Below are positions 46,457 through 55,995 of a DNA stretch of 64,000 bases, in pieces. The stretch is from Dehalococcoidia bacterium. Lineage in GTDB: Bacteria > Chloroflexota > Dehalococcoidia > Lucifugimonadales > UBA3495. A model generated the notes under the pieces. The model had not been told where the DNA came from. It ran no database searches and saw only the letters and a list, made by a program, of their open reading frames with translations. Position numbers and translations under genes: made by a program. The stretch covers positions 463,150 through 527,149 of the forward strand of contig CBDHEF010000001.1 of the NCBI GenBank assembly GCA_965261945.1, in the 5' to 3' direction. Positions within the stretch are counted from its first letter, which is position 1, and each line of letters starts with the position of its first letter.

Positions 46457-47992
46457 ATGAAATACGATCACGTAGTAGTCGGCGGCGGCACCGCCGGTTG
46501 CATCGTGGCAGCCCGGCTGTCGGAAGACCCGGAGCGCTCGGTGCTGCTGCTGGAAGCCGGCCCCGACTTTCCCGACTTCACCCAACTCCCCGATATGCTC
46601 AAGTTCGGCTGGGGCACGGTGAACCTCGAGGCCCGCGCCGCCGGTTCGCCCTACAACTGGTCCTTCACCGGCACCGCCACGCCCGAACAGGGGCCGATGC
46701 CCGTCCCGCGCGGCAAGACCCTGGGCGGCTCCAGCGCCATCAACGGCCAGACCTTCATCCGCGGCGCGCCCGAAGACTACGATACGTGGGAGTCCTGGGG
46801 CAACGAGGGCTGGTCGTACATTAACTGTCTGCCCTACTTCCGCAAACTGGAGAACGACGCCGACTTTCACGACGACTTCCACGGCACCAACGGGCCGGTC
46901 CCCGTCCGCCATCACCCCCGAGAGACCTGGCCGCCGTCGCAGGAGGCATTCTTCCAGGCTGCCACCGACGCCGGTTACCCCTTCCATCCCGACGTGAACC
47001 ACCCGGAGGCCACCGGCATCAGCCTGCGTGCAGAGAACAACATCGACGGTGTGCGGATGAGCATGGCTCTGGCCTACATCGACTCGGTGCGCCACCGGCT
47101 GAACCTGACCATCCGCGCCAACGTCCAGACGAACCGCGTAGTGATCGAAGGCGGGCGCGCCGTCGGCGTAGAGGTTGAGAGCGGAGGCGAGACCTTCATC
47201 GTCGAGGGCGGCGAGGTCATCCTGTGCGCCGGAGCAGTGGCCTCGCCGCAACTGCTGATGCTGTCGGGCCTCGGTCCCGCCGACCAGCTTGAGGCGCAGG
47301 GCATTCCCGTAGTGGTGGAACTGCCCGGCGTGGGGCAGAATATGCGCGACCACCCCAACGTGTCAGTGCGTTACCTTGTCAAGGAAGGCGTTCCCCAAGA
47401 CCCCAACGGCATGAGGGCCTTGCGGCTGCGTTTTACTGCCTCCGGTTCGCAGACGCCCAACGACATGATACTTTCTCCGGCGTCCCTGAACACCGTGGTT
47501 CGGGACGACAACCCGGCCCATTCCGTAAACTGCGGACTGTACCTCGCGGCAGGCAAGGGCGAGCTGCGGCTCGTGTCCGCCGACCCGCACACCCCGCCCA
47601 GCATGGACTACCGCTACCTGGAAGAGGACTGGGACCGCGAAAGGCTGCGGGAGAGCGTCCACCTCTGCGTATCGCTGCTGCAACATAGCGCCTACGACAA
47701 CGTCATTGAGGAGATTACCGCCCCCACGCCCGCAGACCTGGAGACCGACGAGGCGCTGGACGGCTGGCTGCGCCGCAACATCAGCACCTCCTACCACATT
47801 TCCGGCACTTGTAAAATGGGGCCGCCGGATGACCCCATGGCCGTAGTTGACCGGCAACTCCGTGTCCGCGGCGTCTCCAACCTGCGCATCGCCGACGCCT
47901 CGATCATGCCCGATGTGGTCCGCGCCAACACCAACGTAACCACGATGATGATAGCCGAGCGAGCAGCCGACTTCATCAAGGCGGGTAGCTAA
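46457..47992 (+). CDS. GMC-family FAD oxidoreductase (paralog of 17463..19007)
   Basis: MKYDHVVVGGGTAGCIVAARLSED, GGSSAINGQ, HISGTCKMG...IADASIMP. It is colinear with the first GMC protein. Confidence 0.9.
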   Translation: MKYDHVVVGGGTAGCIVAARLSEDPERSVLLLEAGPDFPDFTQLPDMLKFGWGTVNLEARAAGSPYNWSFTGTATPEQGPMPVPRGKTLGGSSAINGQTFIRGAPEDYDTWESWGNEGWSYINCLPYFRKLENDADFHDDFHGTNGPVPVRHHPRETWPPSQEAFFQAATDAGYPFHPDVNHPEATGISLRAENNIDGVRMSMALAYIDSVRHRLNLTIRANVQTNRVVIEGGRAVGVEVESGGETFIVEGGEVILCAGAVASPQLLMLSGLGPADQLEAQGIPVVVELPGVGQNMRDHPNVSVRYLVKEGVPQDPNGMRALRLRFTASGSQTPNDMILSPASLNTVVRDDNPAHSVNCGLYLAAGKGELRLVSADPHTPPSMDYRYLEEDWDRERLRESVHLCVSLLQHSAYDNVIEEITAPTPADLETDEALDGWLRRNISTSYHISGTCKMGPPDDPMAVVDRQLRVRGVSNLRIADASIMPDVVRANTNVTTMMIAERAADFIKAGS

Positions 47993-48050
47993 GCCACCCC
48001 TATCCAAATTCCAGTAGACGCGGTCCGAGGGCTTCGAAAGAATTTCGTGA

Positions 48051-49361
48051 ATGGCCAACATAGAAGGTATCAGAATTCGAAATTACCGGGTTCTGCGAGA
48101 TATAAGCCTTGGCAGGCTATGGAATACTCCGCGTGTTACAGCATTGACTCCAATGACTGCAGTTATCGGGAAAAATGGCGTGGGCAAGAGTTCGCTATTC
48201 GACGCATTCGGTTTTCTTGGTGACTGCCTGAGACTTTGCGTAGAGGAGGCCTGCGACCAGCGAGAGCGCGGAGGATTCGACCGTATTCGCTCGCAAGGAG
48301 AAGATGCCCCTATCGAGTTCGAGGTCTACTACCGTGAACAACCCAATGCGCGGCCAATAACCTACGAATTGGCGATTGAAAAAGACAAAACAGGGCGCCC
48401 ATATGCGTCTCGGGAACGTCTCCGCCAGCGACGAAAGGGTCAGACTCATGGGAGGCCATTTTCTTTCTTGATGCTGAACAGTGGGCGTGGAGTTGTGTGG
48501 AAAGGCGAAGCACAAGGGAGTCTGGTGAATGAAGGTGATGAAGCGCAGTTCGACCTGAGTGCGCTAATCGACCAGATACGGAGAAGCCCAGCAGATGAAG
48601 AAAGCGCAGACACAGAGGTAGTTGAACTTCAGGACAGACGCAGGCTTGGCATAGCAACTTTGGGCGCATTGAAACAGCATCCCAGAATTGCCGCCTTCCG
48701 TGAGTTTATTGAAGGCTGGTATTTGAGCTACTTTACTCCCGACGCCGCTCGTAGCCTACCACTAGCCGGCCCCCAAAGACGCTTGAATGTCCACGGAGAC
48801 AATCTAGGTAACGTCGTACAATTTATGGAACGGGAACATCCGGCTCGGTTTGAGCGCATATTAGCCAAAATAGCCGACAGGATTCCTGGTATTGATCGGA
48901 TAGGTACGGAACGGAGCCCTGATGGCCGGTTGCTGCTTCGATTCAATGACCGCGGCTTTGTAGACCCATTTTTCGCTCAGCAAATGTCCGACGGAACTTT
49001 GAAGGTCTTTGCATATCTTCTGATGCTAGAAGATCCTAATCCGTTGCCCTTCATCTGTATCGAAGAGCCGGAAAACGGCCTCTATCACAAGCTGCTGGAG
49101 GTCTTGGCCTCCGAATTTCGAGCTCACGCCACGGGGAGAAGGAACGCTCCCCAGATTTTCGTCACAACGCACCAGCCTTACTTCGTGGACGCCCTTACCC
49201 CCGAAGAAACGTGGGTTCTGGAAAAGCAAGGGGACGGCTTCGCCACCATACGCCGCGCCAGCAGTGACAAAATTGTCAATGCTATGGTTGAAGAGGGGTT
49301 GCCCCTTGGCAGCCTTTGGTACAGCGACTATCTGGACCGGAGGCAGTCAAATGCATTTTGA
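48051..49361 (+). CDS. ABC/AAA_21-type ATPase (OLD/AriA/AbiLi-like)
   Basis: Walker A GKNGVGKSS, signature-like QQMSDGTLKVF, Walker B FICIEEPENGLYHKLL, H-loop IFVTTHQP. The gene is AT-rich (sampled lines 43-48% GC against 65% in the flanking gene). Confidence 0.85.
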   Translation: MANIEGIRIRNYRVLRDISLGRLWNTPRVTALTPMTAVIGKNGVGKSSLFDAFGFLGDCLRLCVEEACDQRERGGFDRIRSQGEDAPIEFEVYYREQPNARPITYELAIEKDKTGRPYASRERLRQRRKGQTHGRPFSFLMLNSGRGVVWKGEAQGSLVNEGDEAQFDLSALIDQIRRSPADEESADTEVVELQDRRRLGIATLGALKQHPRIAAFREFIEGWYLSYFTPDAARSLPLAGPQRRLNVHGDNLGNVVQFMEREHPARFERILAKIADRIPGIDRIGTERSPDGRLLLRFNDRGFVDPFFAQQMSDGTLKVFAYLLMLEDPNPLPFICIEEPENGLYHKLLEVLASEFRAHATGRRNAPQIFVTTHQPYFVDALTPEETWVLEKQGDGFATIRRASSDKIVNAMVEEGLPLGSLWYSDYLDRRQSNAF

Positions 49362-50007
49362 GGTTTTGGTAGAGGACCAATCTGGAAGCACTTCGTTGAA
49401 ATTTGTTTTGGAGAAGATTCTTGGTCAAAACGGCGCGGATCACTCGTGGACAATGCACCACTATAAGGGAATTGGCCACCTACCGAAAGACTTGTATGTA
49501 GTGCCAAACTCGGGCCACTGGTTTCTTCTAAATCACTTGCCAAGTGTCTTGCGGGCATACGGGAAAAGTCTGGACCATTCCTCATCGGTTATCGTGGTAA
49601 TGGATTTGGATGACAAGGATTGCATCAAATTCAAGCAAGATCTGCTCAATGTGCTAAATGCCTGCAATCCGCGTCCCAAGACACTGTTCAGGATTGCCAT
49701 AGAAGAAATCGAAGCATGGCTCTTGGGAGATTTCGCCGCCGTAAAGTCGGCCTATCCCAATGTGAAAAATGCAGTTTTGAACGGTTACGTCCAAGACAGC
49801 ATCTGTGGCACATGGGAAGTCCTGGCTGACGCCGTGCACTCTGGAGGGTCGAGACTGCTTAAGAAGTCGGGCTATCAGATCGACGGGAAGGCCAAAAGCG
49901 ATTGGGCAGAGGACATAGCCCCCCACATGGACATAGATGCTAACAAGTCGAAGAGCTTCCAAGTCTTTCGTGATGGGGTAAGAAACTTAGCAGGCATCAA
50001 AATCTAA
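49351..50007 (+). CDS. DUF4276-like, TOPRIM-related protein
   Basis: ATG 49351 overlaps the ATPase gene by 11 nt. MHFEVLVEDQSGS carries a conserved Glu, VIVVMDLDDKD is a DxD motif, and AIEEIEAWLLGD is present. I recognise this pattern as DUF4276, related to DUF4435/RloB/OLD TOPRIM. Confidence 0.7.
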   Translation: MHFEVLVEDQSGSTSLKFVLEKILGQNGADHSWTMHHYKGIGHLPKDLYVVPNSGHWFLLNHLPSVLRAYGKSLDHSSSVIVVMDLDDKDCIKFKQDLLNVLNACNPRPKTLFRIAIEEIEAWLLGDFAAVKSAYPNVKNAVLNGYVQDSICGTWEVLADAVHSGGSRLLKKSGYQIDGKAKSDWAEDIAPHMDIDANKSKSFQVFRDGVRNLAGIKI

Positions 50008-50012
50008 GTCAG

Positions 50013-51128
50013 TTACCCATCGAACCCGTACAGACGGGCGCAGTTGTCCCACAGGAACTTGCGCCTGGTATCGTCCGACAGCGGCATCTCCAAGAAGCGG
50101 TCCACCGACTGCGGGTACTTGGAGTCGGCGTGGGGGTAGTCGGTGGAGAAGACAACATTGTCCTCCAGCCCGAATCGAGGCACGATCTCCGCCGGCTCCT
50201 CGTCGCATTCCACCGACAGGTAGCACTGGCGGCGGAAATAGTTGCTCGGTTCCATCTTCAAGTCGGGGTGGTCGTAGGACGCCGACATTTCGTAATGCTC
50301 GTCCAGCCGCCACAGCAACCACGGCGCCCACGAGCAGTTGCCCTCGAGGAAGGCCACGGTCAGTTCGGGGAACCGCTCCAGGACGCCGCCGCCCACTATG
50401 TCCACCACCGCCAGCATCATGCCCATCGGGTGAGTGCAGGTGTGGTACAGCATGTGGGTGTCGAAGTTGTCGCCCGGCTGTGGCAGGTTGACTCGTCCGC
50501 CCTCGTGGAAGCTGAGCGGCACACCCAGCCGCTGTATCTCGTCCCAAAGCGGGTCGTAATACGAATCGTGCCAGTTGCGCCCGGCCACCGGGTTGGGCCG
50601 CACGAACACCGTCTTGAACCCCAGTTCGTCGACAGCCCGGCGCGCCTCTGCCACGGCCCCGTCGATGTCCTGGGGAGGGATCATCGCCGCGCCGAACAAA
50701 CGCCCCGCGCCGCCGCCGCAGAAGTCGGCCAGCCAGTCGTTGTAGGCTCGCGAGATGGCGGTGGCCAGCGCCGGATCGAGATCGCTGTCCCCCAGGGTGA
50801 ACAGGCCGCGACTGGGGAAAAGCACGGCGACATCGATGCCCTCGTTGTCCATCGCCGTCAACTGCGAGGCGCTGTCCCAGCCACGCTGCTCCGACTCGGC
50901 GTAGACGTCCTGCTGGCTGGTCATCAGGGGCGCGATGGCGTTGGAATAGCTGCGTCCGGGCAGCGGAAAGACATTCTCGCCCACCTGTACGCCCAGGTCG
51001 CGCGGATGGCGGCTCGTGCCCTGCGGCGCCCTGTCCCGGAACGCTGGATCAATGTAGCGCTCCCACAAATCCGCAGGTTCCACGATGTGCATATCCGAGT
51101 CCATGACCCTGAAACCGTTCTTCGCCAT
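50013..51128 (-). CDS. amidohydrolase-2 family protein (ACMSD-like metal hydrolase/decarboxylase)
   Basis: Inner ATG 51128: MAKNGFRVMDSDMHIVEP..., ...FHEGG..., C-terminal VFSTDYPHAD. Confidence 0.85.
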   Translation of the reverse strand: MAKNGFRVMDSDMHIVEPADLWERYIDPAFRDRAPQGTSRHPRDLGVQVGENVFPLPGRSYSNAIAPLMTSQQDVYAESEQRGWDSASQLTAMDNEGIDVAVLFPSRGLFTLGDSDLDPALATAISRAYNDWLADFCGGGAGRLFGAAMIPPQDIDGAVAEARRAVDELGFKTVFVRPNPVAGRNWHDSYYDPLWDEIQRLGVPLSFHEGGRVNLPQPGDNFDTHMLYHTCTHPMGMMLAVVDIVGGGVLERFPELTVAFLEGNCSWAPWLLWRLDEHYEMSASYDHPDLKMEPSNYFRRQCYLSVECDEEPAEIVPRFGLEDNVVFSTDYPHADSKYPQSVDRFLEMPLSDDTRRKFLWDNCARLYGFDG

Positions 51129-51279
51129 CGAGCGCGCCTCCTGCCGCCGGGGTGATTGCTGGTAATACGATGATAGCAGATGCGGGCGAGAGCAAGCGTT
51201 TATCCTGCCCGGCCACTGTGATAACCTGGATTTAGACACTATCTCAAGTCGCGACATAGCACTCAACCCGTCAATCCCG

Positions 51280-51311
51280 CGAAGACTGGAATCCACGAAG
51301 ACTGGAATCTT
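51280..51311. repeat. 16-bp tandem duplication (x2, 14/16), intergenic
   Basis: cgaagactggaatcca cgaagactggaatctt. Confidence 0.85.
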
Positions 51312-51384
51312 CGGGCTTTGGTCAGCGATGCCGGAATATCCATAACAGGAGGGCCAGTTGACTTTGAGATGGTTCCTAAGAATA

Positions 51385-51417
51385 CAGGCCCCGGGAGCGA
51401 ATCGCTCCCGGGGCCTG
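51385..51417 (-). terminator. perfect 16-bp-arm palindrome, candidate terminator
   Basis: caggccccgggagcga a tcgctcccggggcctg, immediately downstream of the minus-strand MDR oxidoreductase gene. Confidence 0.5.
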
Positions 51418-51440
51418 ATCGCTTTCGGTCAGTGCCCCGT

Positions 51441-52421
51441 CTACCCCTCGCCCACGTCCACGATGACGTTGCCGATGGCGCCGCCCTCCACGGCCCGGTG
51501 GGCCTGCGCCACCTGCTCCAGCGGGAAGTGCGGGCCGACCAGATGGGTCAGTGCGCCCGCCTCCAGCCACGCAGTGATGTCGGCGATGGCGGCTTCCTTG
51601 GCTGGTTCCGGCATATCGTAGACCAGCACGTTGCGAACCACCGTATTGCTCCGCCGGAATTGCAGCGGCGCCGGCGGCTGCTGTCCCGTACCGGCGGCGT
51701 AGATTGCCACCACCCCGGACGACTTCAGCACCTCGCGGGTAACCGGGAAGTTGGCCGCGAAGTCCACCTCAACAATGTGGTCAACGCCCCCTCCCCCGGT
51801 GATGTCCATGATTCGGGCCGTGACATCCTCGGTGCGATAGTTGATGGTGTGGTCAGCGCCCGCTGCCCTGGCGATTCCCGCCTTGTGGTCGGAACTGATG
51901 GTGCTGATGACCGTGGCCCCGGTCAGCTTGGCTTCCTGTACTGCGTAGTGGCCCACGGCCCCGGCGCCTCCGGGCACCAGCACGACTTTGCCGTCCAGCG
52001 GCCCGTCGGCGAACAGGCAGCGATGAGCCGTCATGGCCGGAACCCCCAGGCAGGCCCCCTGCGCGAAACTGACGGAATCGGGCATAGCCACCACATGGCC
52101 CGACGGTTGCACCGTATACTCCGCCGCCGACCCGAAGGGCCGCCCGAACTGCGACTCGAAGAGCCACACCCGCTCACCCACCCGCGACTCCGGCACACCG
52201 GGGCCAACGCGGTCAATAACGCCCGCGCCGTCTTGGTGCGGAATGACGCGGGGAAAGCCAATGCGGGCAGTCAGACCGGCGCGCCGCTTCCAGTCCGAGG
52301 GATTAACGCCCGACGATACGACCCGAATCCGCACCTCGCCCGGCCTTGGCTCCGGGTCGGGCATCTCCCCCACCTGCATTATCTCGGCGGGGCCATTCTG
52401 TTCGTACCAGGCTGCTTTCAT
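51441..52421 (-). CDS. MDR-family NADPH:quinone oxidoreductase-like protein
   Basis: MKAAWYEQNGPAEIMQVGEMPDPEP..., VLVPGGAGAVGHYAVQ nucleotide-binding motif. Confidence 0.85.
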   Translation of the reverse strand: MKAAWYEQNGPAEIMQVGEMPDPEPRPGEVRIRVVSSGVNPSDWKRRAGLTARIGFPRVIPHQDGAGVIDRVGPGVPESRVGERVWLFESQFGRPFGSAAEYTVQPSGHVVAMPDSVSFAQGACLGVPAMTAHRCLFADGPLDGKVVLVPGGAGAVGHYAVQEAKLTGATVISTISSDHKAGIARAAGADHTINYRTEDVTARIMDITGGGGVDHIVEVDFAANFPVTREVLKSSGVVAIYAAGTGQQPPAPLQFRRSNTVVRNVLVYDMPEPAKEAAIADITAWLEAGALTHLVGPHFPLEQVAQAHRAVEGGAIGNVIVDVGEG

Positions 52422-52500
52422 GTTTGACTCCGTGCTAAACATAGGGGCGCACAGCAGTGCGCCACTGCACGTATCCTGAATAGAATCGTACCGGGCGAGG

Positions 52501-53670
52501 CTAGTTGGCTCGCGCGGCGTAGTCGGCCTTGGCGCGGTCTATGGCGGCAGCGCGCCCCGACTTGAGCGTATCCCGGCGCTCGTAGGCCCACTGGTTGGAC
52601 CCGGCTGTGCTGGCCGTGGTGCCCTGGAAGGCGGGCATGACGTAGCGTGCCATCAGCTCGTAGCTGTGCATCACATGCTCGCGCTTGGCCCAGTCGATGG
52701 CCTGCACCATGAAGCCGCCGAAGCCGCCGCTGCGCTCCTCCAGCCGCTTGATCCCTTCGATGCAATCGTCAGGGGTGCCGATGATCCAGGATCCCCTTTC
52801 GTCCATCACTTCGATAATGTCTTCCAGCGGCCCGTCGACAATGGCGTCGCGGCCCATGGTGTGCTCGAAGTATTCCCGCTGGTAGCGTCCGGCGCCGACG
52901 CGGGCCTGCTTCATTGCTTCCTTTTTGGTTTCGGCCAGATGCACCGGCAGCACCAGCCGCCAGTCGTCGCGGTTCATCGTTTGGCCGTGCTCTGCCGCCG
53001 ATGTTTCGGCGATGTCCCACAGGCTGCGCAGGTCGGATTCGGGGGCGCCCGGGTCGCGCGGCACAGTGATGGTCAGCACCGCTGCGCCGTACTTGCCGGC
53101 CAATGCCACGCCTGACGGCGACTGCACCGAGGCAACCGCAATGGGCATACGTGGCTTGGTGTAGGGGCGCAGTTGCAACATCGCCTCACGAAGCGTGAAC
53201 CAGTCGCTTTCGTAGGTGATCGGCTCGGTCTCGGTCATCAGTCGCAGCACCATGCCGAAGCCCTCATCCATCCGCAGCCGTTGCACACTGGGATCGATGC
53301 CCATCATATAGGCGTCGCCGGGCAGCGCCCCCGGCCCGACGCCCAGCATCACCCGCCCGTGGGTCATGTGGTCAAGCTGCACCATGCGGTTGGCGACGTT
53401 GAAGGGATGGTGATAGGGGATGCTGATGACGCCGGTGCCCAGCTTGATATGCTTGGTGCGGTCGGCGGCCACGCCAATGAAAATCTCCGGCGAGGAGATG
53501 GTCTCCCAGCCCGCGCTGTGATGCTCGCCAATCCAGGCCTCGTCAAAGCCCAGGGAATCGAGCCACTGTACCAACTCCAGGTCCCGGTCCAAGGCCAGGG
53601 TAGGATTCTCACCCACCCGGTGGAAGGGACCCATGAAAATTCCGAATTTCATACGTTCAGGCAAAGCCAT
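52501..53670 (-). CDS. LLM-class flavin-dependent oxidoreductase
   Basis: FDEAWIGEHHS, KLGTGVISIPYHHP, and overall luciferase-like layout. Confidence 0.85.
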   Translation of the reverse strand: MALPERMKFGIFMGPFHRVGENPTLALDRDLELVQWLDSLGFDEAWIGEHHSAGWETISSPEIFIGVAADRTKHIKLGTGVISIPYHHPFNVANRMVQLDHMTHGRVMLGVGPGALPGDAYMMGIDPSVQRLRMDEGFGMVLRLMTETEPITYESDWFTLREAMLQLRPYTKPRMPIAVASVQSPSGVALAGKYGAAVLTITVPRDPGAPESDLRSLWDIAETSAAEHGQTMNRDDWRLVLPVHLAETKKEAMKQARVGAGRYQREYFEHTMGRDAIVDGPLEDIIEVMDERGSWIIGTPDDCIEGIKRLEERSGGFGGFMVQAIDWAKREHVMHSYELMARYVMPAFQGTTASTAGSNQWAYERRDTLKSGRAAAIDRAKADYAARAN

Positions 53671-53761
53671 GCTATTACACTCCTAAACTAACACTTACCG
53701 CGATGCCGTAATTATAGCCCCCATGCCCGTTCGATGCCAACGAATGCCTGCCAGCGCCCAA

Positions 53762-54582
53762 GACGATTGCAAAGTTGCGGAGGGACGATTGCAAAGTTGC
53801 GGAGGTAAGTATACAAAGACAGGGAAGTGAGATATGGGAGTGTGCGGATATGGAGGCGGCGGAATCTCTGTTCGGATGTTTGGAGCAGGCGCCGGATCCC
53901 AGGAGGGCCAGATGGGTCAGACATCCCTTTCAGGCCATCCTCCGGCTGACCCTGCTGGGCTTGGCTTGTGGTCAGACCAACATGGCCCACATCGCCCTCT
54001 TCGCCAGGATGCACTGGCCAGAACTGAAGGAGCCTTTGGGCTTTGTGCGGGACCATCCGCCCCACGCCACCACCATCTCCCGCGCCCTGGCCGGAGTCTC
54101 CTGTGAGCAGTTGCAGGGCGCCCTGACGGGGTGGGTGGCCCGGGTGGTGGCGGACCAGGATGTGAACGCCTCGGTGGACGGCAAGTGGGCCAGGCAGTCC
54201 GAGGACGGCAACGGCAATCCCCTGGTGATGGTGAACGTGCTGGCCCACGACCTGAAGCTGTGCCTGGCCCAGTGGCCGGCATCGGAGAAACGGCGCGAAC
54301 CCGGGGTGTTGCGGGAACAACTGGGGCCACTGTTCGAGCGCTATCCCGGTCTGAAACTGCTGACCATGAACGCTCTCTATGCGGAGCGGGACTTGTGCCA
54401 GGCCATCGTGAGCCACGGACGGGACTACCTGGTGCGCATCAAGGGGAACCAACGCCCTGCGCCCGGCAGGATGGTTTCCCATCCGGATGTCCATGCCCCT
54501 GCGAGCCAGGACCTGCGCCTTCCGCCCGACCCAGACCATCGCCCGCCTCCGCGGCCAAATCTCCTGACTTTGCAATCGTCCC
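53762..54582 (+). mobile_element. ISAs1-family element, internally deleted (~0.8 kb) with both IRs
   Basis: IR gggacgattgcaaagt at 53782-53797, with its reverse complement at 54567-54582. The left end is a perfect 22-bp tandem duplication (gacgattgcaaagttgcggagg x2, 53762-53805). The transposase N-half starts at ATG 53850: LEQAPDPRRARWVRHPFQAILRLTLLGLACGQ...SVDGKWAR...DYLVRIKGNQ. It then runs into unrelated sequence. Confidence 0.7.
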
Positions 54583-54666
54583 GCCGCCACTCCAGCAACG
54601 CTTGACGCCCCTTCGCCTGCGTCTCTACAATCGCTTTGGCCATATTGACCGGGATGCGATGATATT

Positions 54667-55902
54667 TTGCCTGTGAATTCACCCCATGAGGGCGCCCTTC
54701 TGCCTCCGTACCGCGTTCTGGACCTGAGCGGCCCGGAGGCGGTGTTCTGCGGCAAACTGCTGGCCGACTACGGGGCCGACGTGGTGCGGGTGGAGCCGCC
54801 CGGCGGGGACTCATCCCGTGCCCGGGCGCCATTTGTTGGGGACGAAGAGGGGCCGGAACGCAGCCTATACTTTCTCTTCTACAACACCAACAAACGTGCC
54901 ATAACCCTCGATTTGGAATCAGAGCGGGGACGGGAGTTATTCCGGCGTTTGGCGGCTCAGGCAGACGTGATTGTGGAGAGCTTTCCTGTCGGATTCATGG
55001 AGTCGCTGGGGTTGGGATACGATGCTTTGCGCCTGATCAATCCCGGTATCGTGATGGCGTCGGTTACGCCCTTCGGCCAGACCGGGCCGTGGAAGGACTA
55101 CAAGTCTTCCGACCTGATTGCCCTCGCCGCCAGCGGGTTCATGCAAATAACCGGCGAACCCGACGGGCCACCGATGCGGCAAGGCAACGACCAATCGCAC
55201 TTTCCGGGAGCGCAATTCGCCGCCGCGTCCATCCTGGCGGCCCTGTATCACCGCGACTTCGGCAATGGCGAGGGACAGCACATCGACGTGTCGTTGCAGG
55301 AAGCGCTGATCACCTACTACACCGACGCGCATCCCGCCCTCGCCTGGGAGCTGCTCGGCCAGAACGTCACCCGCGTCGGGGCCACTTCGACGCTGGTTAT
55401 TCCGCTGGGCGCCTACCCCAGCGCCGACGGCTGGATTTCCGCCGGAATCATCACCCCCCGCGAGTGGGATACGCTGGCCGAGTGGATTTACGAGGTCACC
55501 AGCAACGAAGAAGTGCTGAACGACGCCTATCGCGGCGGCAATCAGGACCGGGCGCCCTACAACGACATAATCACCGCGCTGGTCATAGACTTTACTACCC
55601 GTTTCACCAGCGAGTACCTGTTCCATGAGGGCCAACGCCGAAACTTGGTGTTCATCCCGGTCAACACAGTCTCCGACCTGCTGGCCGACCCCCAGCTCGA
55701 GGCCAGCAACTTCTGGTTCGGCCTCGACCATCCGGAGACCGGAACGCTCCAGTATCCGCTGGGCGTGTTTGACAGCGAGGAGGTCTCACCGGCCGCCAAC
55801 CCGGCCCCCCGGCTGGGGCAGGACAACAACGCCATCTACGCCGGCGAGCTGGGCCTGTCAGCAGAAATTTTGGAATCGCTGCGCCACGACGGAGTAATCT
55901 AA
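54667..55902 (+). CDS. family III CoA-transferase
   Basis: YRVLDLSGPEAVFCGKLLADYGADVVRVEPPGG. TTG/GTG start. Confidence 0.9.
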   Translation: MPVNSPHEGALLPPYRVLDLSGPEAVFCGKLLADYGADVVRVEPPGGDSSRARAPFVGDEEGPERSLYFLFYNTNKRAITLDLESERGRELFRRLAAQADVIVESFPVGFMESLGLGYDALRLINPGIVMASVTPFGQTGPWKDYKSSDLIALAASGFMQITGEPDGPPMRQGNDQSHFPGAQFAAASILAALYHRDFGNGEGQHIDVSLQEALITYYTDAHPALAWELLGQNVTRVGATSTLVIPLGAYPSADGWISAGIITPREWDTLAEWIYEVTSNEEVLNDAYRGGNQDRAPYNDIITALVIDFTTRFTSEYLFHEGQRRNLVFIPVNTVSDLLADPQLEASNFWFGLDHPETGTLQYPLGVFDSEEVSPAANPAPRLGQDNNAIYAGELGLSAEILESLRHDGVI

Positions 55903-55913
55903 AGACTATCCTA

Positions 55914-55953
55914 AAACTCCCTCTCCCCCTGGGAGAGGGCTGGGGTGAGGGCG
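55914..55953 (+). repeat. REP-like hairpin + G-rich tail (family A)
   Basis: aaactccctctccccctgggagagggctggggtgagggcg. Confidence 0.8.
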
Positions 55954-55995
55954 TCCCCAGAGGGCGAGAAGGCCGTTTCTCTAGGCGGAAATTTA

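Noticed and set aside
46166-47353. Upstream ~395 aa of ORF 45941..47353
   Set aside because: It is antisense to the second GMC oxidoreductase and includes a translated REP element. Only the terminal 74-aa ferredoxin was accepted.
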